Assembly (NCBI GenBank): GCA_035500675.1
Contig: DATJXA010000032.1
Location: 1,021 to 65,020 of the forward strand
Direction: 5' to 3'
Source: Bacteroidota bacterium
GTDB lineage: Bacteria > Bacteroidota > Ignavibacteria > UBA10030 > UBA8401
DNA length: 64,000 nt
Below, one piece after another: positions 18,366 to 27,713 of the stretch (positions are counted from its first letter, which is position 1; every line of letters starts with the position of its first letter). The position numbers were made by a program, and so were the translations under genes. The notes under the pieces were generated by a model that was not told the origin of the DNA, made no database searches, and saw only the letters and a list, made by a program, of their open reading frames with translations.

Positions 18366-21011
18366 GTGACCATCAAAGAACGATTCACTTCTGGCTCAGC
18401 GGAAATATTTCAACTCCACCGCAACGGAGCGGACGGCTTCACGGTAGCGTCTCGCCTCACCTCGCTTGTCGATACAACGCTTGCCGATCTGTGGAACGTA
18501 AACCCGATGCATGACAATTTCGCCGTCGTTGCCCTCGGCGGCTACGGCCGCTGCGAGCTGTGCCCGCACTCGGACTTCGACCTCATGGTTCTCGCCGAGA
18601 ACGAAAAGGCAAAGAACGCCGGTTCGGCGACGATCCAGGAATTTTTGAGGTCGCTATGGGACGCCGGTTTCAACGTAGGCCATAGCGTGCGGACGATCCA
18701 GGACTGCGTCAATTTATACGAAACCGACGTCGATTCCTGGGCGTCGATCCTCGAGAGCCGGTTCGTCTCCGGAAGCCGGCAGGTGCTGCGTGTGTACGCC
18801 GATGCAGTCTTCAAACAGATCCAAAAAAAATTCGACCTCGTGTTCGTGAAAGCGATCATGGTCGGGATGGACGAGAGGCATGAGAAGTACGGCAACTCGG
18901 TGAAGCTGCTCGAACCGAACGTGAAGAACAGCGCCGGCGGCCTGCGCGATCTTCATAATCTCCTGTGGGTATACCGTTCGACCGACACCGACTATTTTTC
19001 TGACTCGCCGTTCCTCAGTGGCGAATCCTCGTGTAAATTGATGCTCGACACTTTCTACAGGAAGAACGTCATCTCAAAAGAAGAACGGGATGCGGTCACC
19101 AGCGCCCTTAATTTCCTCCTTCGGACGCGGCACGAGACCCACTACCTTGCGAAAACAATACACGATTCTCTCGATTTTTCCATCCAGCGGGAAATCGCCA
19201 CGGGGCTTGGTTATGGAGAGGATAAAGAGCTCCAGTACGTCGAGAAATTCATGCGCGAGTATTTTCTCCATGCGAGAAGCATTTTTCGGTTGAACCAGCG
19301 CCTCATCAATCATTTCAGAAAGAGCGTCGAGCCATCCTCCTGGAGAAAACCGAAGGAGCAGATCCTTGATACGCATTTTATCGCGCGGGGTGACGAACTG
19401 CTGCAACGGAACACCGCTGTGGAGATCTCAACTCCCGCAGAAATTTTGAAAGCGTTCTACTGGTGCGGAAAACTTTCCTTTAACCTCGGCCACTCCCTCC
19501 AGGGGAAGCTCGCCTCTCTGGGAAGCTCTCCGCACATTTTCAACGAACAGACCATCACATCCGAAGAAGCGGCGAACGTCTTTCTCGACATTTTGCGCCT
19601 GCCATCGAACGTCGCATCCACGTTGACGATGATGAATGATTTCGACGTGCTCGGAAAATATATTCCGGAATGGGGCGAGCTCGTCGCGTTCGTTCAGCAC
19701 AGCATCTATCATTATTATACCGCGGATGCGCACACGCTCATCGCGCTCGAGCATGCGGAGCGGTTGTCGGAAGGCAAGGGAATTCTTTCGCGCGTGTACC
19801 GCGGCCTCGAAAAAAAGGAAATTCTCTACCTTGCTCTCCTTCTCCACGATATCGAAAAACCAAACGGAATTCAGGAGCACGAGATTCGCGGCGTCGATAC
19901 TGCCCGGCGCGTGCTCGAACGGATCCATTACCGCGACGAATTCGGCGACGTCGCGTTCCTTATCCGCAACCATCTCATGATGGAGCAAATCGCGTTTCGG
20001 CGCAACATCAGCGACCCCAAAACCATCGCCGAGTTCGCCGAAATGTTCCAGCGCCCCGAACAGCTCGACCTCTTGTTCCTCGTGACGTACTGCGACCTCT
20101 CCGCTGTGAACAAAAACGTCTGGACAAGCTGGAAGGAAATGCTGCTCCAGGAATTGTATGTCCGCACCAGACGCATCCTCGAACGGAAGCTGCCGTTCAA
20201 AGAAGCGGTCTCGTTCCAGCGTGAACAGTATCAGGAGGCGGCGCGTGCGCTCGTCCAATCGATGTCCGAACACATACCCCGCGAAGAGGTCGAGCACCAT
20301 ATTTCTTCGATCCACAACGAGGCGTACATCCAGATCTTCACCGAGAACGAGATCGCCGAACATCTCGCACACATCCGCAAGCTCGACACGCTCTCGTCGA
20401 TCGTGAGCCATGAGGACTCGCACAGCGCGGTCACGGTCATCACGCAGGATGCCCCTTTCCTGCTTTCCAACTTATGCGGCGTGCTCTCGGCGAACGACGC
20501 GAATATTTTCGACGCACAGATCTTTACACGCGACGACGGCATCGTCATCGACCGGTTCCGCGTCGTCAACGTGTCGACGAAAGCGGGGCTCCAGGACGAA
20601 CAGGTCGAGAAGATCAAGCAGGACTTTGACGACGTCATGCGCGGAAACGTCACGCTTGAGCATCTTTTCGAAAAGCACCATCGCAGGTGGAAGCGCCGCG
20701 TGCAGCCGCTGTTCCATCCCAACATCCGCATCGACGTCGTCTTCGAGGACGCTCAGGATTTCACCATCGCCGACGTCTATGCGCCGGACGCGGTCGGATT
20801 TCTCTATAAGGTCACCCGCACGTTCTCGCAGCTCGGGCTCAATATCCATTTTGCAAAAATTGCCACGCGCGTCGACGGCATCGTCGATTCGTTCTACATT
20901 CTCGACGCAGACGGGAAACCCATCCGCAGCAAAGAACGGAAGGAACAAATCAAAGAAAGAGTGCTTCACAGGGTGTATCAACTCATCAACATTCAGCTCT
21001 CGACGCAATAA
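18366..21011 (+). CDS. glnD: [Protein-PII] uridylyltransferase / uridylyl-removing enzyme
   Basis: 881 aa with an N-terminal nucleotidyltransferase (…VVALGGYGRCELCPHSDFDLMVL…), a central HD domain (…LLLHDIEKP…) and two C-terminal ACT-like domains. It uses a GTG start. Confidence 0.88.
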   Translation: MTIKERFTSGSAEIFQLHRNGADGFTVASRLTSLVDTTLADLWNVNPMHDNFAVVALGGYGRCELCPHSDFDLMVLAENEKAKNAGSATIQEFLRSLWDAGFNVGHSVRTIQDCVNLYETDVDSWASILESRFVSGSRQVLRVYADAVFKQIQKKFDLVFVKAIMVGMDERHEKYGNSVKLLEPNVKNSAGGLRDLHNLLWVYRSTDTDYFSDSPFLSGESSCKLMLDTFYRKNVISKEERDAVTSALNFLLRTRHETHYLAKTIHDSLDFSIQREIATGLGYGEDKELQYVEKFMREYFLHARSIFRLNQRLINHFRKSVEPSSWRKPKEQILDTHFIARGDELLQRNTAVEISTPAEILKAFYWCGKLSFNLGHSLQGKLASLGSSPHIFNEQTITSEEAANVFLDILRLPSNVASTLTMMNDFDVLGKYIPEWGELVAFVQHSIYHYYTADAHTLIALEHAERLSEGKGILSRVYRGLEKKEILYLALLLHDIEKPNGIQEHEIRGVDTARRVLERIHYRDEFGDVAFLIRNHLMMEQIAFRRNISDPKTIAEFAEMFQRPEQLDLLFLVTYCDLSAVNKNVWTSWKEMLLQELYVRTRRILERKLPFKEAVSFQREQYQEAARALVQSMSEHIPREEVEHHISSIHNEAYIQIFTENEIAEHLAHIRKLDTLSSIVSHEDSHSAVTVITQDAPFLLSNLCGVLSANDANIFDAQIFTRDDGIVIDRFRVVNVSTKAGLQDEQVEKIKQDFDDVMRGNVTLEHLFEKHHRRWKRRVQPLFHPNIRIDVVFEDAQDFTIADVYAPDAVGFLYKVTRTFSQLGLNIHFAKIATRVDGIVDSFYILDADGKPIRSKERKEQIKERVLHRVYQLINIQLSTQ

Positions 21012-21012
21012 C

Positions 21013-21822
21013 ATGACGACCGAAAAGCCCATCGGCGTCTTCGATTCGGGGATCGGAGGACTCACCGTCGTGCGCGCTCTTTTACAGCGCCTGCCGCACG
21101 AGAATATCGTGTACTTCGGCGACACGGCACGCGTGCCCTACGGTCCCAAATCGCCTCAGGTCGTCCGCGAGTATGCAAAGGACGACGCGGAGTTCCTTCT
21201 TTCGAAAAACGTGAAGATGATCGTCGTCGCCTGCAACACCGTGTCGGCGGTCGCTCTCGACGTCGTGCAGAAGCAGGCGGACATTCCCGTCGTCGGCGTC
21301 ATCGTGCCGGGGGCGAAAGCCGCGATGGCTGCGTCGAAGAAAAAGCGGATCGGCGTCGTCGGTACCGTCGGCACAATTTCAAGCAGCGCGTATGCCAACG
21401 CGCTGAGGCAGATCGACGACGAGGCAACCGTGTTTAGCCGGCCCTGCCCTCTTTTTGTTCCTCTTGTGGAGGAGGGCTGGATCGATCACAAAGCGACAGA
21501 GATGATCGCCAAAGAATATCTCTTTCCGTTCATCGGCGAAAAGATCGACACGCTTGTTCTCGGCTGCACGCATTATCCCCTCCTTAAGAACGTCATTTCG
21601 CGCGCATTAAAAGGCGGAGTGACGCTCATCGATTCCGGCGAAGCGACGGCGATAGAGGTGCAGAATGTCCTTGAGGAACGCTGCCTTAAAAATCCGAGCA
21701 GGGAAAAGCCGAACTTACAATTTTTCGTCAGCGATATTCCGTCGAAGTTTTCGGAGATCGGCGAGCGATTCCTGGGGTCGAAAATGGGGGTAGTCAAAAA
21801 GGTCGGCGTGGGGAGGTCGTAA
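21013..21822 (+). CDS. murI: Glutamate racemase
   Basis: MTTEKPIGVFDSGIGGLTVV…MIVVACNTVSA…LVLGCTHYPLL… are the classic MurI motifs. The track ORF 20410-21822 is an upstream read-through of the same frame; the true ATG is at 21013, 1 nt after the glnD stop. Confidence 0.9.
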   Translation: MTTEKPIGVFDSGIGGLTVVRALLQRLPHENIVYFGDTARVPYGPKSPQVVREYAKDDAEFLLSKNVKMIVVACNTVSAVALDVVQKQADIPVVGVIVPGAKAAMAASKKKRIGVVGTVGTISSSAYANALRQIDDEATVFSRPCPLFVPLVEEGWIDHKATEMIAKEYLFPFIGEKIDTLVLGCTHYPLLKNVISRALKGGVTLIDSGEATAIEVQNVLEERCLKNPSREKPNLQFFVSDIPSKFSEIGERFLGSKMGVVKKVGVGRS

Positions 21823-21833
21823 CAACATCCGCA

Positions 21834-22424
21834 TCAAGCATTTCTGTCCATCTTTTTTTGCAGTTCCCTTCGTACAGTATCCCACTCCGAATCGATAATG
21901 CTGAAGTACACGGAATGACGAATGCGTCCGTCGGGCACGATCATGTGGTTGCGGAAGGTCCCTTCTTCTTTCGCGCCGATGCGAAGCAGAGCGTTGCGCG
22001 ACCGCGTATTTGTCGAGTCGGTCTTGAACTCAACCCTGATGCACCCAAGCGTGTCAAACGCATGAGAGAGCAGGAGATATTTTGCTTCCGTGTTGACGGC
22101 GCTGCGCTGCCATCGGCGCGCGATCCACGTCCAGCCGATCTCGACGCGGCGATGCGTGAGATCAATATTTCCAAACCGGGTGCTGCCGACGACGGTCTCA
22201 CTCCCTCGCTCGACGACGACAAACGGCAGCGCTTTCCCTTGTGCAAAATCGTTTAATGCCGTATCGATGTATCGCTTCATGTCCTGCGCCGTCCGAATAT
22301 TCACCGTCGTAAGTTTCCACAGATCCTCATCCAACCCGACCTCGCACAGCCGATCAAGATGCGCGTGCGTCATAGGTTCGAGCCGCACGACTTTTCCTTC
22401 GAGGGTGACAGGATGAATGTTCAT
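21834..22424 (-). CDS. GNAT-family N-acetyltransferase (RimJ/RimL-like)
   Basis: 196 aa with …VVRLEPMTHAHLDRL… and …YLLLSHAFDTLGCIRVEFKTDSTNTRSRNALLRIGAKEEGTFRNH…, a typical acetyl-CoA-binding fold sequence. Confidence 0.8.
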   Translation of the reverse strand: MNIHPVTLEGKVVRLEPMTHAHLDRLCEVGLDEDLWKLTTVNIRTAQDMKRYIDTALNDFAQGKALPFVVVERGSETVVGSTRFGNIDLTHRRVEIGWTWIARRWQRSAVNTEAKYLLLSHAFDTLGCIRVEFKTDSTNTRSRNALLRIGAKEEGTFRNHMIVPDGRIRHSVYFSIIDSEWDTVRRELQKKMDRNA

Positions 22425-22525
22425 TGCGAATGATTTCCCGCTTTTTAATGTTTACAGGAATAAACGGCGACCGATTCTTTTACGGATAAAATATACGCAA
22501 GCCGGCAGCGAACTTCCATCAACAG

Positions 22526-22612
22526 TTAGAAACCTTCCGAAGGTTTTTTGAAAGGGCTTTGAAAAAGCATAAGCATTCGTTCATTGCGAATAGAGAACCT
22601 TCGGAAGGTTCA
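22526..22612. repeat. ~90-bp paired-hairpin intergenic element, copy 2
   Basis: TTAGAAACCTTCCGAAGGTTTTTTGAAAGG…AGCATTCGTTCATTGCGAAT…AGAGAACCTTCGGAAGGTTCAGCA. It has the same architecture as copy 1 and lies in the divergent region between the GNAT gene and the TPR lipoprotein gene. Confidence 0.6.
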
Positions 22613-22691
22613 GCACTATCGTCTTTTTACGCTGCTTGTAACTCAACGTTGAAAGTGATATATTTTTTACAATGATGAAGGAAGAACTTGT

Positions 22692-24413
22692 ATGAGAATG
22701 ACGTATGGCATTGCTGTTTGCGGAATTTCGCTGGCGTTAAGTATTGCAGGATGTTCTGCCGCGAAAGAAGCGCAAGCTCAGAAACCGACCGTTCAAAAGG
22801 AAGACCGCGGACGGAGCGATCAAAAATCGGTCGCGTTGCAGCGTTTTATCGACGGATCGCTCTTTGAGAGTAAGAATCAATATGCAGAGGCGGTGATCGA
22901 ATATCTCGACGCGCTGCGGTACGACCATGACCCCGCGATCTACTATGCCTTGGCAAAGGACTATTCCGCTCTTAACAAGCAGGGGTTGGCCATCGACGCC
23001 GGAAAGGAAGCGGTCAGGCTCGATTCCGCCAATGTGACGTACCGCGAGACGCTCGCGGATATTTACGTCAAAGCTTATCAGATCGACGATGCGATCGCGG
23101 AATACAGCGCCGTGCTCAAGATCGACTCGACCCATGTGCAGAGCATGTTCAACATCGCACAGTTGCTCTCGCAGAAACACCCTCTTCAGGCGCTCGACAT
23201 GTACGATAAAATTCTACAGCGGAACGGACCTAATTGGGAAGTGCTCTTTAAGGTTGCGGAACTGAATTCTAGTCTCCGGCACTATGACAAGGCGGCGGCG
23301 GCCTTTGAGCAAATGGTGAAGATCGACCCCAGCAATGTATCGTTGAAGCAAAACCTCGGAGAGATGTATGTCCGGTCCGAGCAATACGACAAGGCTCTCG
23401 CGCTGTTCAACGGCCTCCTTGAAGCGGATTCCAACAGCGTTGAGATCCGCGGCGCGTTGGCGGAGCTGTATCTGCAGCAGAATAAATGGGACGACGCACG
23501 CGCGCAATTTGAGAACATTCTGAAGACCGATTCGCTTTCCGCCGACGTTCGCTTCCGGATCGCCATGGCGTATCTCGCACAAAGCGAAAAAGATTCAACG
23601 CTCCTCTTGAACGTCAAGGATCAATTCCAGGAATTTCTTAAAGATTATCCGGACGATTGGAGGCCGATGTTTTACCTTGGCCGGCTCGCTATCGTCGACA
23701 AAAACGATTCCCTCGCTTTTCAATATTTCGACAAGGTGACAAAAGTTGCAGGGTGGAACGCGGAAGCATGGTGGTACCTCGGGTCGATCCTTTTCGATAA
23801 AAAAGATTACGACCAGGCGATCGCGGTCCTTGAAAAGGCCCACCAGATGGTACCGAACGACGGGGGAATTAATTTCCTTCTCGGATACGGCTACACCCGC
23901 GTCGACCGCAACGTCGACGCCATCGTCCCTCTTGAACGCGCTATTGAAATCAACCCGAAGGACATCAACGCCCTCTCGACGCTCGCCTCGACCTACGACG
24001 CGCTGAAACGTTACAAAGAGTCCGATAAAACGTTTGAGGCTGCCCTGGGAGTAGATTCTGTTAATGCGATGGTGCTCAATAACTATGCGTACAGCCTCGC
24101 GGAACGGGGAGTGCAGCTCGACCGCGCTCTTGCCATGTCGAAACAATCCCTCCAAGGGGATTCATCAAACGCCGCGTACCTCGACACCTTCGGATGGATC
24201 TACTACAAACTCGGGAACTTCACCGAAGCCGAGCGCTATGTCAAGAAGGCGATCGATGCAGGAGAAGCAAGCGCCGTTGTCTATGAACACCTGGGCGACA
24301 TTTATTCCCGACTCAGCCAAGACGAGAAAGCGAAAGAATATTGGACCAAAGCGCTCGAGCGAGATTCAAAGAACACGCTTCTCAAAGAAAAATTGGCGCG
24401 CGGCTCGCTATGA
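22692..24413 (+). CDS. TPR-repeat lipoprotein
   Basis: Lipoprotein signal with lipobox (…LALSIAGCSA…) followed by more than 10 TPR units. Its stop overlaps the next start (ATGA). Confidence 0.75.
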   Translation: MRMTYGIAVCGISLALSIAGCSAAKEAQAQKPTVQKEDRGRSDQKSVALQRFIDGSLFESKNQYAEAVIEYLDALRYDHDPAIYYALAKDYSALNKQGLAIDAGKEAVRLDSANVTYRETLADIYVKAYQIDDAIAEYSAVLKIDSTHVQSMFNIAQLLSQKHPLQALDMYDKILQRNGPNWEVLFKVAELNSSLRHYDKAAAAFEQMVKIDPSNVSLKQNLGEMYVRSEQYDKALALFNGLLEADSNSVEIRGALAELYLQQNKWDDARAQFENILKTDSLSADVRFRIAMAYLAQSEKDSTLLLNVKDQFQEFLKDYPDDWRPMFYLGRLAIVDKNDSLAFQYFDKVTKVAGWNAEAWWYLGSILFDKKDYDQAIAVLEKAHQMVPNDGGINFLLGYGYTRVDRNVDAIVPLERAIEINPKDINALSTLASTYDALKRYKESDKTFEAALGVDSVNAMVLNNYAYSLAERGVQLDRALAMSKQSLQGDSSNAAYLDTFGWIYYKLGNFTEAERYVKKAIDAGEASAVVYEHLGDIYSRLSQDEKAKEYWTKALERDSKNTLLKEKLARGSL

Positions 24414-25174
24414 AGGGAGTCCTTATTCTCTCCCTCGTATTGCTTTCAAGCTGTGCTCCTACCAAAGAACTCCGTAAACCCGCCATCAGCAGATCGGCGC
24501 GGGAAGTTATCGACGCCGTCAACAACAACCGCTACGCGGTCTCAACGTTCGACGCAAAAGGCTCGATCTCCGTCGAAACGCCTTCCTTTATGAATTCCGG
24601 TTCGTTCGAGCTGTGGCTGAAAAGGCCCGATTCCGTCCGCGTAGACGTTGAAGGTCCCTTCGGAATCCATGTGGCCTCCGCGCTGTTTGCACATGACCGG
24701 TATGTATTCTATAATAGCTTTAAGAATGAGGTGATGGAAGGGAAGTTCGACGTCCGGAATATGCCTGACTTTATGAACATCCGCCTCGATCCCTCAGACA
24801 TCGTGGATACCTTCTGCGGCACGAGGCGTTTTTTGCCCGACGAATCGCTGCCCGATAGCTTTTCCATCGACCGCGATTCATACATGCTTCTCTTCCGGCA
24901 CGACAACGGCACAACGCGGTACCGCGTCGACGGCGAAAATTTACGCATTACGAGCGTCGAGCATATCGACTTCACCGGCAATGTGTGGAGCGAAGAACAT
25001 TTCGAGTTTGAGAAGGATGGCAACGGCGCCGTCGTCCCGGAATCGATCGAACTCAATGAGGTGTCCGCCCAATCGTCCGTTTCGCTCTTTTACGACAAGG
25101 TCCACATCAACAAGCCCGTCAGCGCCATGGTGCTCGACGTGCCTGCGGACGCTCAACGCATCACCAGAAAATAA
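24410..25174 (+). CDS. DUF4292-like (LolA-fold) outer-membrane lipoprotein
   Basis: MKGVLILSLVLLSSCAPTKEL… with a lipobox. The protein is about 255 aa. The track ORF at 24341 is an in-frame upstream extension. Confidence 0.55.
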   Translation: MKGVLILSLVLLSSCAPTKELRKPAISRSAREVIDAVNNNRYAVSTFDAKGSISVETPSFMNSGSFELWLKRPDSVRVDVEGPFGIHVASALFAHDRYVFYNSFKNEVMEGKFDVRNMPDFMNIRLDPSDIVDTFCGTRRFLPDESLPDSFSIDRDSYMLLFRHDNGTTRYRVDGENLRITSVEHIDFTGNVWSEEHFEFEKDGNGAVVPESIELNEVSAQSSVSLFYDKVHINKPVSAMVLDVPADAQRITRK

Positions 25175-25198
25175 ACCCGTTTCGTTCCGACGAGATCA

Positions 25199-26434
25199 AT
25201 GAACAAGCTTCTATCGGTCCTCTTTGCCTTTCTGCTTATCGTTCCTTCGATGGTGAACGGGGGAAGTCAGGACATCAAAAAAAAGCAGCGGGCGCTTGAA
25301 CAGCTGCGAAAAGAGATCGACGAGTACGAGACGCGCATCAGGGAGAGCGAGAAGAAGGAAAAAGCCACGCTCGAACGGCTCGATGATTACGAGAAGCAAA
25401 GCAACCTCGTTCGTTCGCTCCTTTCGGGACTCGTCGATGAAGAAGAACAGCTTCAAGCGTCGATCGCACTCGCATCGGATAACATTACCTTCCTTGAGAA
25501 ACAGATCTCCTTTCTCAAACTCCATTACGCAAAATACGTGACCGCGGTGTACAAATTTGGTAGAGTGTACGACCTCGAGACACTGTTGTCGTCGAACTCC
25601 ATCAATCAACTTTATATTCGTATCGAATATCTTAAACGGTTCTCGGAGCAACGTCAGAGGGATTTGCAGAAGATCCAGGAAAAACGGCAGATCCTCGAGA
25701 CCGAAAAGGCCGACCTGGAACAGAAGCTCGACGAGCAGCGCGACGTCATTTCGAGCAAAGAAAAGGAAAAGGAGTTTCTCGATTACAAAAAGAAAAAGCG
25801 CGCACAGGTATTACGGGCGATCCGTAAAGACAAAGCGACGATGAAAAAGGCGCTTGTGCGGAAAAATCATGCGGCGGAAGAGCTGGAGGGGCTGATCACC
25901 GACCTCGTCGAGAAGGAGCGTATCCGGAAGGAACATGAGGCCGAGCTTGCACGGGAACGGTCTGCGGAGCGTGAACGATTGAAGCTCAAGCCTGTGGAGG
26001 AACCGCCGACCGAACCGGGCATCCCATTTCAGTCGTTGAAAGGGAAGCTGCCGTGGCCGGTTGCAACGGGTGCCGTCGTCGCGCATTTCGGCAACCAGGT
26101 GCATCCCGTGCTAAAAACGATAACACAGAATACGGGGATCGATATCGCCATTAAATCCGGCAGTACGGTGAAATCCGTCGCGGACGGCGAAGTTGCGATG
26201 ATCCATTGGCTCCCCTCGTACGGCAACCTTGTCATTCTTCGTCATCCCGGCGGATTTCATACGGTGTATGCGCACCTCTCTGAAATTTCCGTGGCAGAAG
26301 GCCAGACAGTGTCCAAAGGAACGGTCATCGGCAAAAGCGGTGAATCGATCGGCGGAAGCCTTCTCCATTTCGAAGTGTGGAAGGAGAAAGAAAAGCAAAA
26401 CCCGGAGTCGTGGCTTTCGAGACGGGGCGAATAA
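25199..26434 (+). CDS. M23/LytM-family peptidase with an N-terminal coiled coil (EnvC-like murein hydrolase activator)
   Basis: Signal peptide, a long coiled-coil region (…QRALEQLRKEIDEYETRIRESEKK…) and a C-terminal LytM domain (GIDIAIKSGSTVKSVADGEVAMI…GNLVILRHPGGFHTVYAHL). Confidence 0.85.
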   Translation: MNKLLSVLFAFLLIVPSMVNGGSQDIKKKQRALEQLRKEIDEYETRIRESEKKEKATLERLDDYEKQSNLVRSLLSGLVDEEEQLQASIALASDNITFLEKQISFLKLHYAKYVTAVYKFGRVYDLETLLSSNSINQLYIRIEYLKRFSEQRQRDLQKIQEKRQILETEKADLEQKLDEQRDVISSKEKEKEFLDYKKKKRAQVLRAIRKDKATMKKALVRKNHAAEELEGLITDLVEKERIRKEHEAELARERSAERERLKLKPVEEPPTEPGIPFQSLKGKLPWPVATGAVVAHFGNQVHPVLKTITQNTGIDIAIKSGSTVKSVADGEVAMIHWLPSYGNLVILRHPGGFHTVYAHLSEISVAEGQTVSKGTVIGKSGESIGGSLLHFEVWKEKEKQNPESWLSRRGE

Positions 26435-26632
26435 TTATCCGACATTTGGAAAGACAATGAGGCATGGGCAGCGAATCTTTCATGGAATAATAAGAGAGAA
26501 CAATTTGAAGTACCGCGTCTATTATATCTGCACGAGAATCCAACTTTATCCCCCTTCCTTGATTCTTTTATCAACTTTAAGCTAATTACAAGAGCTATTC
26601 TCCGTTCCACTCATTCTTAAGCAGAAAACAAC

Positions 26633-27637
26633 GTGGCAACAAGCTCAGCCGCAACAAAAACCGATGACGTCGGTGCAGCGCACGAACTCACGTCGGCATA
26701 CAAATCGATCAAAGGCGAAATCGGGAAAGTCATCATCGGGCAGGATGCCATTATCGAGCAGTTGCTCGTCTCTCTTCTCGCCCGCGGCCATTGTTTGCTG
26801 ATCGGCGTCCCAGGACTCGCAAAGACGCTCCTCATCAAAACTCTCGCCGACGTCCTCGACCTCAAGTTCAGCCGGATCCAGTTCACACCGGACCTCATGC
26901 CGAGCGACATCAGCGGCACTGAGATCATCGAGGAAAATGTGTCGACGGGGCAAAAAGATTTTAAGTTTGTCAAGGGACCAATTTTCGGAAATATCATTCT
27001 TGCGGACGAGATCAACCGCACGCCTCCAAAAACTCAGGCCGCGCTGCTCGAGGCGATGCAGGAACACAAAGTGACCGCCGCGGGACAATCGTACACACTC
27101 GTCGAGCCGTTCTTTGTTCTCGCAACCCAAAACCCGATCGAGCAAGAAGGAACGTACCCGCTTCCCGAAGCGCAGCTTGACCGTTTCATGTTCAACCTGT
27201 GGCTTGAGTACCCTTCGTTCAACGAAGAGGTCGATATTGTCAAAGCGACAACAAGCCCATACTCGCCCGCTCTCCAGCGTATCCTTGGCGCGAAAGAAAT
27301 TATCGCGTATCAAGAACTCATTCGCCGCGTCCCGGTCGCGGATGCAGTCGTGCAATACGCAGTCCAGCTTGTGGGGCGCACGCGACCCAAGGAAGACGGC
27401 GCTCCGAAATTTATCAGAGATTGGCTCACGTGGGGCGCGGGTCCGCGAGCGTCCCAATATCTCATCCTCGGCGCAAAGACACGCACGATCCTGTCGGGAC
27501 GCTATAATCCGGACATCGACGATGTGCGCGCTATGGCTGTCGCAGTGCTGCGGCATCGCATTATTCCGAATTTCAACGCCGAGGCAGACGGTGTAACGGC
27601 GGTTGCAATCGTCGAGAAGCTGTTGGCAAGCGCATAA
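26633..27637 (+). CDS. MoxR-family AAA+ ATPase
   Basis: Walker A (GVPGLAKT), Walker B (ILADEINR) and a sensor region (…LATQNPIEQEGTYPLPEAQLDRF…). It uses a GTG start. Confidence 0.88.
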   Translation: MATSSAATKTDDVGAAHELTSAYKSIKGEIGKVIIGQDAIIEQLLVSLLARGHCLLIGVPGLAKTLLIKTLADVLDLKFSRIQFTPDLMPSDISGTEIIEENVSTGQKDFKFVKGPIFGNIILADEINRTPPKTQAALLEAMQEHKVTAAGQSYTLVEPFFVLATQNPIEQEGTYPLPEAQLDRFMFNLWLEYPSFNEEVDIVKATTSPYSPALQRILGAKEIIAYQELIRRVPVADAVVQYAVQLVGRTRPKEDGAPKFIRDWLTWGAGPRASQYLILGAKTRTILSGRYNPDIDDVRAMAVAVLRHRIIPNFNAEADGVTAVAIVEKLLASA

Positions 27638-27713
27638 ACGTTGTGTGTGCCCCTGAGCAGGCGGCGGGAATTTCTTTCTACTTTGTCATTTTCATAAACG
27701 GAAAAAGTGTTGT

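Noticed and set aside
19428-20423. 331-aa minus-strand ORF inside glnD
   Set aside because: It lies antisense to the HD/ACT-domain coding region of glnD. Its translation is Arg/Glu-rich without motifs, a typical long antisense ORF in GC-rich sequence.
20410-21822. 470-aa plus-strand ORF fusing an Arg/Ser-rich N-terminus to MurI
   Set aside because: The first 200 aa are out-of-frame read-through inside glnD (Ser/Arg/Thr-rich nonsense). The real murI starts at the ATG at 21013, one nucleotide after the glnD stop.
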